Shown here piece after piece: positions 1-11,185 of a stretch of DNA of 39,582 nt. Where the stretch lies: NCBI RefSeq assembly GCF_001194135.2, contig NC_068989.1, forward strand, positions 55,980,911 through 56,020,492. The letters are read 5' to 3'. The stretch's first letter is position 1. Every line of letters begins with the position of its first letter. Both the position numbers and the translations under genes were made by a program. This DNA comes from Octopus bimaculoides (Eukaryota). Below the pieces are notes generated by a model. That model had not been told where the DNA came from and did no database searches. It worked only from the letters and a program-made list of their open reading frames with translations.

Positions 1-116
1 GCTTCCACACCTGAAACTTCTCCTCTAGTTCTGATAGTGACTCCGCAATTAGGGCAAGGTCATCAGCATAGAGGAGCTCCCAGGGGCAACCTGTCTTGAA
101 CTCCTCTGTGATTGCC
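1..116 (-). mobile_element. RTE-clade LINE reverse transcriptase fragment
   Basis: Minus strand translates AITEEFKTGCPWELLYADDLALIAESLSELEEKFQVWK with no stop. The YADD catalytic motif is at 70-59. Cut off by (TA)n at about 117 and runs off the window edge. Confidence 0.88.
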
Positions 117-174
117 TATATATATATATATATATAATACAAAGAATATATATGCATGTATACACACATATATG

Positions 175-317
175 TACATACTTACATCTACATGTGTATA
201 TAGATGCATATCAGGGTACAAGACGTTAGAACAATGAACTACAGACCACGGAACGAACACATAGGAAAACAGATAGCCACTTGGAATTAATCCTTCGTCA
301 GCTGCCTCTATTCTAAC

Positions 318-318
<1 letters not shown>
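175..318 (-). mobile_element. Probable Penelope-like element 3' terminal segment with degenerate hammerhead-like core
   Basis: Minus strand 308-271 reads GAGGCAG-CTGACGA-A-GGA ttaat TCC-aagtgg-CTATCT: intact core, 3-bp stem II, partial stem I, GAAA lost. Lies between (TA)n tracts like the other PLE ends here. Confidence 0.4.
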
Positions 319-354
<36 letters not shown>

Positions 355-410
355 GGGGGGAGACAAACAGACAGACAGACAGAGACAGACAAAGGGACAG
401 ACAGACAGAA
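319..410. repeat. Compound microsatellite (TA)n-(GA)n-(GACA)n
   Basis: Direct reading. Confidence 0.95.
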
Positions 411-951
411 GGTATGAGGGAAAGTATGAGATTGTGTTGCTGCATGGACGCATGGATAAATAATTGAGCTGTCAGAGAATCAGGGCAGGAAATCCAATGC
501 AGAGATTAAACCGTGATTAATTAAATAGCTTGGTGGATAGAATGGGTGGGTAAGATGTAGAAGTGGGTAAGATGGAGGTGTGGGGAAATGGATAGAGATT
601 TGAGTAAGTGGAGCTAAATATATTTTGTTCTACATCTCTATCATTGTGGCTATCCTTTGTTGTTGAAGATGTTTACCTCCCTCGCCCACACTCTGGATTC
701 ACTGATGGCTGAATAATCCAAGTCTTGACACAGACCGAATACAAATAGTGGTCTTTGAGAGAGTTTTAGACGGCCAGGGATCAACAGTATGTTCTTTCTT
801 TCACTGATTTTCTTCAAGATGTTCAGTTCTACCTTTTACAAAGTGCTCAATTCTCTGAGCAGAATGCAAGTTCATGGCATGGTTACTTATTTACAGCTGA
901 GTGGACACTGGTTGTCATGTGGTGATGAGGGGGCAAACACATACATGCACG

Positions 952-993
<42 letters not shown>

Positions 994-1162
994 CACACAT
1001 GCACAAATATATTAGGGTACTGAAATACCACCTTGCTAGAAATAGGAGTCAACATTCCAAAGCCACAAATTTCTCACTATTAAGAAGCACGCACGGTGAA
1101 TGCAACGAATATAATAAAAATAGGCCTTACCTTTGCATAAACCACAAAGCAAGAACAAATAT

Positions 1163-1219
1163 CTTGGTATCAACTGATTTCACCTTTTGTACATTAGTAC
1201 ATAAGGATTGTCAGCCAAG
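1163..1219 (-). ncRNA. Type I hammerhead-like motif (degenerate, G8>A)
   Basis: CTTGG-CTGACAA-T-CCTT a TGTAC taat GTACA a AAGG-T-GAAA-TC agtt GA-TA-CCAAG: 5-bp stem I, long stem II, stem III ATC/GAT, AUA cleavage triplet. Confidence 0.6.
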
Positions 1220-1362
1220 CTTACTGTATTTATCTATTTTTCAAAATATCCATTTCGTTACACCATGTGCATTCGTTTTTGAAAGTCGCGGGAAAATTCA
1301 AGTGAACTTATGTGCATGATGTAATGAAATAAATATTTTGAAAAATAGATGAATACACTAAG

Positions 1363-1419
1363 TTTGACTGATGATCCTTAAATGTTAATCCACAAAAGGT
1401 AAAATCACTTGATACCAAG
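1363..1419 (+). ncRNA. Type I hammerhead-like motif (degenerate, G12>A), mirror of 1163-1219
   Basis: TTTGA-CTGATGA-T-CCTT...AAGG-T-AAAA-TC actt GA-TA-CCAAG. The CTGATGA core is intact. Confidence 0.55.
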
Positions 1420-1684
1420 ATATTTGTTCTTGCTTTGTGGTTTATGCAAAGGTAAGGCCTATTTTTATTATATTCATTGCATTCACTGTGTGTTTCTTAA
1501 AAGTGAGAAATTTGTGACTTTGGAGTGTTGACTCCTATTTCTAGCAAGCTGGTATTTCGGTATCCTAATTTATTTGTATATTTTGCCTATTTAGGTTAAA
1601 CTTACTGGCCACTTTAGCATTGTTATTTTTAATAATGGTAAGAATACTTTATTAAATTATATATATATATATATACACATACAA

Positions 1685-1826
1685 CAGTTTCCATCCACCA
1701 AATCCACTCACAAGGCTTTGTTTGGCCTGAGGCTAGAGTAGAAGACACTTGCCCAAAATGCCATGCAATGAGAGAACTCAGAACCATGTAGTTGGGAAGC
1801 AAGTTTCTTACCACACAGCCATGCCT
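1685..1826 (-). mobile_element. tRNA-derived SINE, family A (head GGCTGTGTGGTAAG, body AGCCTTGTGAGTGGATTTGGTAGACGGAAACTG)
   Basis: Reverse complement has the tRNA-like head and GGGCAAGTGTCTTCTACT...AAAGCCTTGTGAGTGGATTTGG. Similar copies at 2155, 23347, 32040, 36405. Confidence 0.75.
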
Positions 1827-1913
1827 ACACCTATCACAGCCACCTATGTGTGTGCGTGTGTATATTGTTGTTCCTACTCCTGTATTCATCTTTTGCTTTC
1901 TGTAAATTTGAAC

Positions 1914-2141
<228 letters not shown>

Positions 2142-2154
2142 CAATGGTCTTTTT

Positions 2155-2298
2155 TCTGTTTCTTTCAGTTTCCATCTACAAAATTCCTTCACAAGACTAT
2201 AGTAGAAGCTACTAGCTCAAGGTGACATGCAGCAGGACTGAACCTGAAACTACATGGCCGGTAAGCAAATTTCTTAATTACACAACCATGCCCATGCC
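2155..2298 (-). mobile_element. SINE family A, degenerate copy
   Basis: Similar to 1685-1826 (CAGTTTCCATCTACAAA...AGTAGAAG...AGCAAATTTCTTA..ACAC on plus). Confidence 0.65.
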
Positions 2299-2489
2299 TC
2301 TTGAACAAAAGTGTGCTAACCTTGTCTTATTAAATACACTTTGTCCAGCACAAACATGCATGGAAAAGTGAACATAACAATAATGATGATTGGTGATGTC
2401 TCTCTTGGTCTCCTACTAATTTTTCAGACACAAAAATCTCTCTTTCACCCCATTACAATTTATTTTCTCTTCTGTATGTATAACTAATG

Positions 2490-2795
2490 TGGAGGCGCAA
2501 TGGCCCAGTGGTTAGGGCAGAGGACTCACGGTCGGAGGATCGTGGTTTCGATTCCCAGACCGGGCGTTGTGAGTGTTTATTGGACGAAAACACCTAAGCT
2601 CCACGAGGCTCCGGCAGGGGGTGGTGGCGACCCCTGTTGTGCTCTTTCGCCCCAACTTTCTCTCACTCTTTCTTCCTGTTTCTTGAGTAATGCTGCGATG
2701 GAGTGGCGTCCCGTCTAGCTGGGGGGAACACATACGCCATAGAAACCGGGAAACCAGGCCCATGAGCCTGGCTAGGCTTTGAAAGGGCGACATTT
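2490..2795 (+). mobile_element. Young tRNA-derived SINE, family B head with tail type 1
   Basis: GGAGGCGCAATGGCCCAGTGGTTAGGGCAG head with A-box TGGCCCAGTGG and B-box-like GTTTCGATTCC. First about 190 bp nearly match 27256-27450. Confidence 0.85.
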
Positions 2796-3774
2796 ATCGT
2801 TTTATGTATAATCAGTAACATACAGCTTAAAACAAGCCTTATAAGTTGTTCAGTTTTGTTTTAGTACTCAAACTTTTTTGATATTTCTGCCAATAAATTT
2901 GTGAACATATCAGCAGCAAATTTAGGTAGAAAAAGCAGTGATATAATAAGCATACCATCACACACACCTTTGTAATGTTGCAAAATTGAATTCTCCACAA
3001 GAGGTCGCTTTTGTTTGCCTGTGTGACACAATCCACCTGTGTTTATAACAATGCTAGTATTCGTGTAGACTGTGTGGTGACATGATGAACTTGTCCTAAA
3101 TACTCAATAATCTACTGAGGGAAAAATGTTTGTGTGTGCATGTGCATGTGTGTGTGTGTGCGTGTGTATGCATGTGTGTGTATGTGCATGCATATGTGTG
3201 TATGTGCATGCATGTGTGCATGTGTATGCATGTGTGTGTGTGTATGTTAGTGCATCCAGCAATTTTCAAGCCTAGAGTCAAGTTTCATAGATAAGCTGTA
3301 GGCTGCTTTTTTGTCCCCTTTATTTGCATTTTAACATGGCTTGTGGTGAACAGAGGAATGATAATAATGAGAGGAGGTCGGTGACAAGAAGAGTGACACC
3401 AATATCAAAATTACCTATGCAAAAAGAAAACAAAACATTCTGGTTTACAACAGATCCACAGAGAATAAGATTCATAAATAAAGAACAAGAGTAAAAAGAG
3501 TAGCTTTAAATAGGCCATAAAAAATTGTATACAAGTATAAAGTACAGAAGAATCAATACACATTGACAATATATTCAGTAAAAAGCAAAATATTTTATAA
3601 TTCAGAACATAGAAAATAGTTTTGTGTTTCAGTTCATAGTTTATATCAGATAGCAAAAGAAAGTGTCTTTGATATATAGAGAAAGCACACCAAACAAGGA
3701 GTTACTGTTCAAAACATTTGTAAGCACAAATTAACAGAAGTTCTTTTTACTGAGTTGAGTTAAAGTGTGTACAT

Positions 3775-4279
3775 CAGTGGTCCTCAACTGAGGTCCACAT
3801 GAGCCTTGGGGGTCCATATAAGATTTTGTTGTTAAAGTTTATGTGCAATAAATTGTTATACTTCTACAATATACAAAATATTTTAACATTTTTTTCAATA
3901 CAATTCTTAATAATATTTTATTATAAAAGAAAAAAATGTAAGACAGCAAGCTGGCAGAATTGTTAGCACACCAGGTAAAATACTTGGTGGTATGTCATCC
4001 ATTATTATGTTCTGAGTTCAAATGCAGCTGAGGTCAACTTTTCCCCTCTATCCTTTCGGGGTTGATAAAGTAAGTACCAGTTAAACACTGGGGTCAATGT
4101 TATCGACTTACTCCCTCTCCCAAGCTTGCTGGCCTTGTGCCAAAATTTGAAATCAATATTTTATTATAAAAATGTAATAAGACTTTTTTAAACATCAAAT
4201 GGAAATTAGTGTCCATCCAAGTAAAATAGGGATCAAAGGGGGTCTCTAGGTGCAAAATGGTTGGGATTCACACTCACTG
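3775..4279. mobile_element. Probable hAT (Charlie-like) MITE interrupted by a SINE
   Basis: Starts CAGTGGTCCTCAAC and ends AAATGGTTGGGATTCACACTCACTG (degenerate TIR). No clean 8-bp TSD seen. Confidence 0.45.
3929..4154 (+). mobile_element. SINE family C (GCAAGCTGGCAGAATTGTTAGCAC...GAGGTCAACTTT...GGGGTCAAT) with 17-bp TSD
   Basis: Flanked by direct repeats AATATTTTATTATAAAA at 3912-3928 and 4155-4171. Homologous to 14656-14873 and 14890-15100. Confidence 0.8.
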
Positions 4280-4494
4280 TATGTGATGTATGAGAATCGA
4301 ACTATTGAACTGCAGGGGAGTCTTTTGACACCTGTTTGACTCTCATTAAACTGCCTGAAACCTCCCTTGGTTCTATGATACAAATTTCTTCTTTTAAAAT
4401 GGTTTAAATTAAAATCTTATATCAAAATTACATGTTAAATTATGTTCTAAATACCATTTCAATTATTAACTAAGTTATTTTACAAAATTCTCGT

Positions 4495-4590
4495 GTCCCT
4501 TGCTCAAGAACACAACACACTGCTCATGAGAATCAAACTTATGTTTTAATGACCATGTGTCTAACATCTTCACCACTAGACTGTGCACCT
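4495..4590 (-). mobile_element. SINE 5' head fragment
   Basis: Reverse complement: GTCTAGTGGTGAAGATGTTAGAC...GTTTGATTCTC...GTGTTGTGTTCTTGAGCAAGGGACAC (tRNA-like head). Confidence 0.45.
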
Positions 4591-5284
4591 TCATATATCT
4601 AGGAATACAATTATCTAATATTACTTCCTGTTTGTATCTGGTTCACAAGATTCTTGCTGTGAATTCATGTCTTGAAACAAATTTTGTTGTGTCTTGAGAG
4701 AATCATTACGCCAATAATAATAACACACAGAGGTTCAATCCCACTTCTTTATTGTCAGTCAATTGATTATATATCTAACCAACCAATAAATCAATCATTT
4801 GTTTAATATGCTGGTTAAACAATCAATTGGTTGTTTAATAGTCAAAGTTCTTTTGTCGCTGTTCGCAACCTTTTTGATGATTTAGTGACTTCCCCTCTCA
4901 TCCTAATGTGTTCTCTTTTCAAGACATTAAAGTTTCTTTTGGGGGAAATTTTAGCTGCTGTTCAATTAACAGTAAATGGTTTCCTTGTTGGCTTTATATT
5001 CATTTTGTGTTTGATTGTTTGGTATTCTGAATAATATTTTACTGCTGGATACCATGTATAAAGACAACTGTCCAAGACATGAATCTGGAGTGGAACTTTT
5101 TCATTTTTTTGTATGTGTCTTTTTTGGCTTTCATAATGACAGTAGCAAGTTTTATATGTTTTAATTAATTAATTGTCCTTCTTTACCATAATGCTTTCAA
5201 AAGCATTTCCTGCTAATTCTGCTCAAATTGGCCTATTGAAGTGAATATTAATGAATAAGTATTACTGATTACCCAAGGAGCCAA

Positions 5285-5425
5285 CTGGCAGTTGATAAGC
5301 AACAGAAAAAATGTTACAATATTCATTCCTGTCCACTGTCATTTGAGTTCAAATCATACTGAGGTCAGTTTTTGCCTTTCATCCTTTTGTATAAGATAAA
5401 TGAAGAACCAATCCAGTACTAGATC
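5285..5425 (+). mobile_element. SINE family C partial copy
   Basis: TTTGAGTTCAAATCATACTGAGGTCAGTTTTTGCCTTTCATCC matches the family C body. Confidence 0.5.
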
Positions 5426-5647
5426 AATTCTTCTGTCTCTCTCACTCACCCACTCTTGGTTGTGACTAGATCTGGAAAGGAATGTTGTCTACCAGGTTTA
5501 GAAATGCTCAAGACACACCACATGTCACGATGGCTTCCCTACAACTCCATCAGAATTTCAGAACCCAAGGCAAGGCAAAGTAAGGTATTGATGAATATAT
5601 ATTGCTGGTGAAGAGATGAGTCACTGCTATCTCTAACAGTTGAGTAT

Positions 5648-5693
5648 CCATCATTGATGAGACCAAGGAAGGTTGAAATCATGTGATCTGGAG
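5648..5693 (+). ncRNA. Type I hammerhead-like motif (degenerate, C3>T)
   Basis: CCATCA-TTGATGA-GACC aaggaa GGTT-GAAA-TC atgt GA-TC-TGGAG: stem II GACC/GGTT, stem III ATC/GAT, AUC triplet, short stem I TCA/TGG. Confidence 0.55.
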
Positions 5694-6009
5694 ATCTTGG
5701 CACTGGAGATGGCAGGGATTTATCTCCCTGCTAGCAATATAAACTAGAGTGTATTTTGCACCAAAAGCTAATATGAGAATTTCTCTCATGGAATTTATTA
5801 CAGTATAGTTTGTTCTAATAGAACATCTGCATTTAAGAGGAGATAAATATTACCTCTTTGAATATAGTATGTTAAGAGGCTTAACAAACAAACATAAGTA
5901 AATAAGACATACTTTAAAGATATTTAAATCCACAAATTGTATAATCTACCACATTAACTGTGTGAAATATGGAACTGCTATTTTGAAGAAGTGAAATACT
6001 ATGTAACAA

Positions 6010-6345
6010 CATGGCCTTGTGGTTAGTGAGTTGGCCTCACAATCATAGGGTCGTGGTTTCGATTCTTAGTCCAAGCAGTGTATGTCTTTGAGCAAGATAC
6101 TTTATTTCACATTGCTCCAGGATATTCAGTTGAAATTGATTTGCAGCCCTCTCTCCTCAAAACTGTCGCATCCTTGGTGCTTTACTATGTTAAAAATAGG
6201 AGGGCTCGAGGGTGTCTGCTTATGGCTTTAGAGGCACCTAAAACAATTCGTGAAAGGACAGTACTTGTAACCAAGCCTTCTTACATGCAAGAGACAACTA
6301 CACATTGTTTGCTCTTATACTTTGAATAAGCTCTTTGGTGATGCA
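6010..6345 (+). mobile_element. tRNA-headed SINE, degenerate
   Basis: CATGGCCTTGTGGTTAG...GGTTTCGATTC...CTTTGAGCAAGATACTTTATTTCACATTGCTCCAG head and core. Confidence 0.55.
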
Positions 6346-6346
6346 T

Positions 6347-6725
6347 ACAGCACTGGATTAATCATGAAGCAAAATAAGTACATACTTAAGGCATCAAGGG
6401 AAGTGGGGAGGGTGTCACAGAAATGGTAAATGGTTTACAGCACAAAAGAGATTATTTTGAATTTGTGAAAATAATATTTGGGATGCTTATCTCTACTAAG
6501 TATAGAAGCAGATGTGTGTTACATAAGATTAATTTTGAGGATCTGATCAAAGACTTCACAATTAAAAAAAGTAGGAAGTATACAAAAATAAACATTGCTT
6601 TCCATCTTGCTGTTAGTTTTGTTGCATTTTGAAAAATAAAAAATAATTTTATGTTCTATTATTGTTTATATTTTGAATTACATATATATAGGGACACCAA
6701 AATCTTTTCAGTGCTTAGAGCCTGT
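6347..6725 (+). mobile_element. hAT internal-deletion derivative with transposase C-terminal remnant
   Basis: CAGCACTGGATTAATCAT left end. Translation ...RCVLHKINFEDLIKDFTIKKSRK resembles the hAT C-terminal tail (F.DLI..FA.KK.RK). Right subterminal GGGACACCAAAATCTTTTCAGTGCTTAGAGCC is cut by (CA)n. Confidence 0.55.
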
Positions 6726-6727
6726 AC

Positions 6728-6840
<113 letters not shown>

Positions 6841-6889
6841 TACAGAGGTATGCATGCATGTATATAAATTACTGCATGTGAGTCTTCCC

Positions 6890-7140
6890 ATTGTATGCAC
6901 ACTTTGTAGAAACAACAACACCATCAATACAAGTCTTCGTTTACATCTGCTGCAAAACCATATTTGCCCATTGAGTTGTTCATTGTTCAAAGGACATGGG
7001 GGAAATTGTACTTTACTTGGAAACAAATGTGACTAGGCGACAAGAATAGCATCAAGCTATAAAAAAAACTGCTTCACTATGTTTTGTTTGACCCATGCTA
7101 GCATGAGAAAATGGATCTTAAAATGCCGATGATGATCGTG
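6890..7140 (+). mobile_element. SINE family A 3' part with (GAT)n tail
   Basis: CATGGGGGAAATT..ACTTTACTTGGAAACA...GACCCATGCTAGCATGAGAAAATGGATCTTAAAATGCCGATGATGAT. Similar to 36580-36810. Confidence 0.5.
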
Positions 7141-7424
7141 ATAATGATGAAAGCTTGTAGTGAGGCTAAACTGAAGGTGTCACTTATTGTCCATGCAAAG
7201 TAGCTGAAGGACATGTATTTCAGTGAGATATGTGAAACTAATGGATAATATGAAGCCTAAAAAAGGAGTAAATGAAATGAACTTGTGTTGTAGTGAAAAT
7301 GGTACTCCCCTTTCCATGTGACAAAGTGGGAAGGGGAGCCACTATAGAGTCAGACAGTCAGTTGTTGGAGGTCAGTAGTAGTAGAGTCATATGAGTTCAC
7401 AGTTAGAGTCAGTGTCATCATCAT

Positions 7425-7885
7425 CTTCATCATCGTTTAACGTCCGCTTTCCATGCGATTTGACTGAGGACTGGTGAAACCAGATAGCTACACCAGGCTC
7501 CAATCTGATTTGGCAGAGTTTCTACAGCTGGATGCCCTTCCTAACGCCAACCACTCTGAGAGTGTAGTGGGTGCTTTTACGTGCCACAGGCACAAAGGCC
7601 AGTCAGGCGGTACTGGCAATGGTCACGCTCAAAATGGTATATTTTATGTGCCACCTGCACAGGAGCCAGTCCAGCGGAACTGGCAACAATCTCACTTGAA
7701 TGTCTTTTCACGTGCCACCAGCACAAGTGCCAGGAATGCAAAGCTGCAGCATAAGTGCCAGGAAGGCGACGCTGGTAATGATCATGCTCGAAGGTGGTGC
7801 CATCACGATTTCGCTTGCCCAACAGATCTTCGCAAGCAGAGTTTAGTGTCCAATGGAGGAGACGTTGGCATGGGGGCCATACGAG
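7425..7885 (-). mobile_element. RTE LINE 3' UTR and (GAT)n tail (young copy)
   Basis: Reverse complement closely matches 23960-24445 and 37915-38200 (GGAAGGGCATCCAGCTGTAGAAACTCTGCC...GGAAAGCGGACGTTAAACGATGATG). Confidence 0.85.
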
Positions 7886-7889
7886 TTCG

Positions 7890-8745
7890 AGATACCATCA
7901 AGGTAGACGTTTCAAAGTCATTGTCTTGCAGAGCTATCAGCGATAGCACGATAGACGAGTCAAAGATAAGAAGACGTGGAATACCACCACAACATAATAG
8001 TGGTGACAAGAATATTACAGTTCCAACAGTAACATACAAGTGGATGAGGATCTCACATTATAACAACTAGATACATATCTTCTGCATCAAGGATCCTCCA
8101 AGCCCATTGCAAAATTTTTGCATCATCATTATAACTAGTCTTGATATTCTAGGTTTGATAAGCTTGGCCAAAGATTAGTTAATACAAATGAGAATCAATG
8201 AAATTTCATAGATCAAAGATGTTGGAATAACAGCTGTTGGAAAATATGTGATTTAATGCATGTATGAAACAGGAAATGATTTTGCATTTTAACAGAGTTG
8301 ACATTTCTCAAGAGGTAGAGCCTAAAATCGGTGATGTCTGTTACATAACCAAAATGAAGACATTTTCTAAATGCAAATATTTTGGTCATAAATTTGCATT
8401 TATTTATGGGAAAGGTCCTGCATTTGGAAAGATATGCAAATTGTACAACAAAAAGAATTACTTTCAATCAAGTTTGTAAGCTTGAAAAAGAAAATTACAG
8501 AGCAAATTGATGAACGAATTGATGGTGTAGGGCCTGACACTGAAATAAATGTGTTCCTTATTCAAGGCAAGGAATGAACCTACTCACCTCAAGTTAAATT
8601 GAATTACATTAGTGGATGATGGAAACAAATTTATTTTAATTCCAAAAACTTTTGGATACTAACTGGTTGACCAAAATTTTTCAAAAGCTGTCAACAACTT
8701 CATCAGTCTTGAGCTTATTTTGAAATTATTTTGATAATTGTTGCA
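7890..8745 (+). pseudogene. Possible highly decayed Penelope-like RT remnant
   Basis: Fragments in different frames: KYF...FIYGKGPAFG (compare YF..Q.KGTAMG) and LVDDGNKFILIPK...FSKAVNNF (compare YVDDGFI.WP...LNN). Many stops and frameshifts; motif recall only. Confidence 0.25.
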
Positions 8746-8751
8746 TAGTAT

Positions 8752-8786
<35 letters not shown>

Positions 8787-8945
8787 TTAGCTTCCATTTT
8801 CCATGCTGGCATGAGTTGGATAGCTAGCAAGAAGACTGCACCAGGCTGCACTGTCTATTTTGACATGGTTTTTATGGCTGCATGCTCTTCCTAATGCCAA
8901 CCACTTTCAGATTGGAGTGGGTGGTTTTCATGTGACACCAGCACT
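8752..8945 (-). mobile_element. RTE-type tail fragment (LINE or partner SINE) with (ATC)n
   Basis: CATCATCATTTAGCTTCCATTTTCCATGCTGGCATG...CTTCCTAATGCCAACCACTTT...GTGGGTGGTTTT on plus. Confidence 0.6.
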
Positions 8946-9954
8946 CTCTCTCTCTCCTTCTCTCACTCTCCCTCTCTCTCTCTCCCTCTCTTCCCCTCTC
9001 TCTCTTTTGTAGTCATACATGGACAAATTTTCTATCTACACAATGGACTTTGGAACTGAAGACAATTTGTTTACTGCAATGACAAACAAGCTGTGTATGC
9101 AAACAACTCAAAGCAGTTGTATCTTTTATATAGTAACAACCATCGTAATATATAAATAAAATGACTGTCTCAACAAGCAATTAATATTGTTCTTCTTCAC
9201 TAATTTATTCAATGCAACATATCACTACGCATTGATTTGTATACTTGGTGAACTTCTGACTCAAGAACCATATGCCTTCTTGACTAAGTGCTGCTAAAAT
9301 TGGCTCCTATAAGACTAAAGTTTTGAATAATTTTGATTTTCAAATCTTCTAAAACAAGAATATCTAACAGGACAGTTTCTTAAACTGGTTACATTTTTGC
9401 TGACAGAAAGAAAGAACCCTTCCTTCCTTCCCACCTTTCCTCCTTCCTTCTCTCCCTCCATCACTTATTCACGCCAGAAAATTCTATTTGAAAGACATCC
9501 AATACCAATGCATGCAGGTATGCATATATGAGTAGATATTTCAGGAAATAAAATCAGACTGAGAAAAATAACAAATAAAACATTAAAAATATATCAGATG
9601 AAAATGAAATATCTTTAAATAAATAAACTAATATATAAATAAATACAAAAATTGAAAACAAGATTTTCTTTTCTTTTTAAAGTTTCAGAATAATTTAATC
9701 TTTGATTTTTTTTTTCTACATTGTTCATAGAATTTGCTAACCAGAGTATATTTTAATTAATTAGATTCAGCATTTAGTGATTTTTAGTTGAACAACCTTT
9801 TAGACCTGTGTTGAGTAATTCTAGTAACTCCTTCTGCTTTTGCAGCTGCTGATGTCTCGGAGGCAAAATGGTATGATGCCACATTCTGGGCTCCAATTTC
9901 AAATTTTCAAACAAAGAAATTTTCAGAACGAATGAAATTACTCCACCTAATGAT

Positions 9955-10399
<445 letters not shown>

Positions 10400-10400
<1 letters not shown>

Positions 10401-10944
10401 CAGTTGTGGCATTGATATTCTTTTTTATTGTAGGTGTGCACATGTGCAAGAGTGTATATGTATATAGATATGCATGTGAGTGTATGTATGTGTGTGTGTT
10501 TTTGCATGCAAGTGTATGTGTACGATGATGGTGATAACGATGATGATGGCAGCTGTGGTATTGATCTTTTACGCTTTTATTCTAGGTGTGTGTGTAAACA
10601 TATGTGTGGATATGTGTGTGTATGTGCAGGTTTGACAGTGTATATGTGTGCATAAGTGTGTATATGTGTTTGCATGTATGTGCACAAGTATGCATGTATG
10701 TATGTACATGAATAGAGATGTGTATTTGTGTATGAAAGTGTATGCATATGCGTTCGTGTATATGTGTGTGAATATATATATGTGTGTTTGCATATGTAAG
10801 TGTATGTCTATGGTTTTGCTTATATATGTGTGTGTATGCATATGTGAGTAATAAGTATGTGCATGATGATGATGATAGCTGTTGAGGTATTAATCATTCT
10901 TGTTTCTAATGCAGGTGTGTATGTGCATAGATCTGTATATATAC

Positions 10945-11022
<78 letters not shown>

Positions 11023-11183
11023 TTGGACATATGTGTGTCAATATATGTGTTTGTGCATGAATGTGTTAATGTATATGTGTATGTGTTGGTGTGTGTATGT
11101 GATTATGTATGTACATGATTGTGTATGTGTCTATATGTGTGTCTGTGTGTATGTATATGTGTATGTGTGTTTGTGTATGTGAG
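10400..11183. repeat. (TG/TA)-rich degenerate microsatellite field
   Basis: Direct reading. Confidence 0.85.
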
Positions 11184-11185
11184 TA

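Larger units (their letters stand above)
1003..1577. repeat. Fold-back element: about 270-bp imperfect inverted arms (1003-1271 / 1311-1577), about 40-bp spacer
   Basis: Left ACAAATATATTAGGGTACTGAAATACCACCTTGCTAGAAATAGGAGTCAAC matches the reverse complement of the right end (ACAAATAAATTAGGATACCGAAATACCAGCTTGCTAGAAATAGGAGTCAAC). Similarity continues to the centre, roughly 85-90% by eye. Confidence 0.93.

Noticed and set aside
2490-2570. tRNA genes at SINE heads (also 27256, 6010)
   Set aside because: A/B-box-like motifs are present but there is no closing acceptor stem, and they continue into SINE bodies.
4620-5130. Fourth fold-back element
   Set aside because: Only a short ATTCATGTCTTG inverted match was found, with no extended arm similarity or hammerhead core.
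7474-8070. 198-aa ORF
   Set aside because: Mostly the antisense strand of an RTE 3' UTR running into an unrelated segment; no domain.
8660-8710. Hammerhead on minus (CTGATGA-AGTTG/CAGCT-TTT-GAAA)
   Set aside because: Three extra nucleotides before GAAA, no NUH or stem I; probably chance. The CTGATGA at 62-68 is simply the YADD codons.
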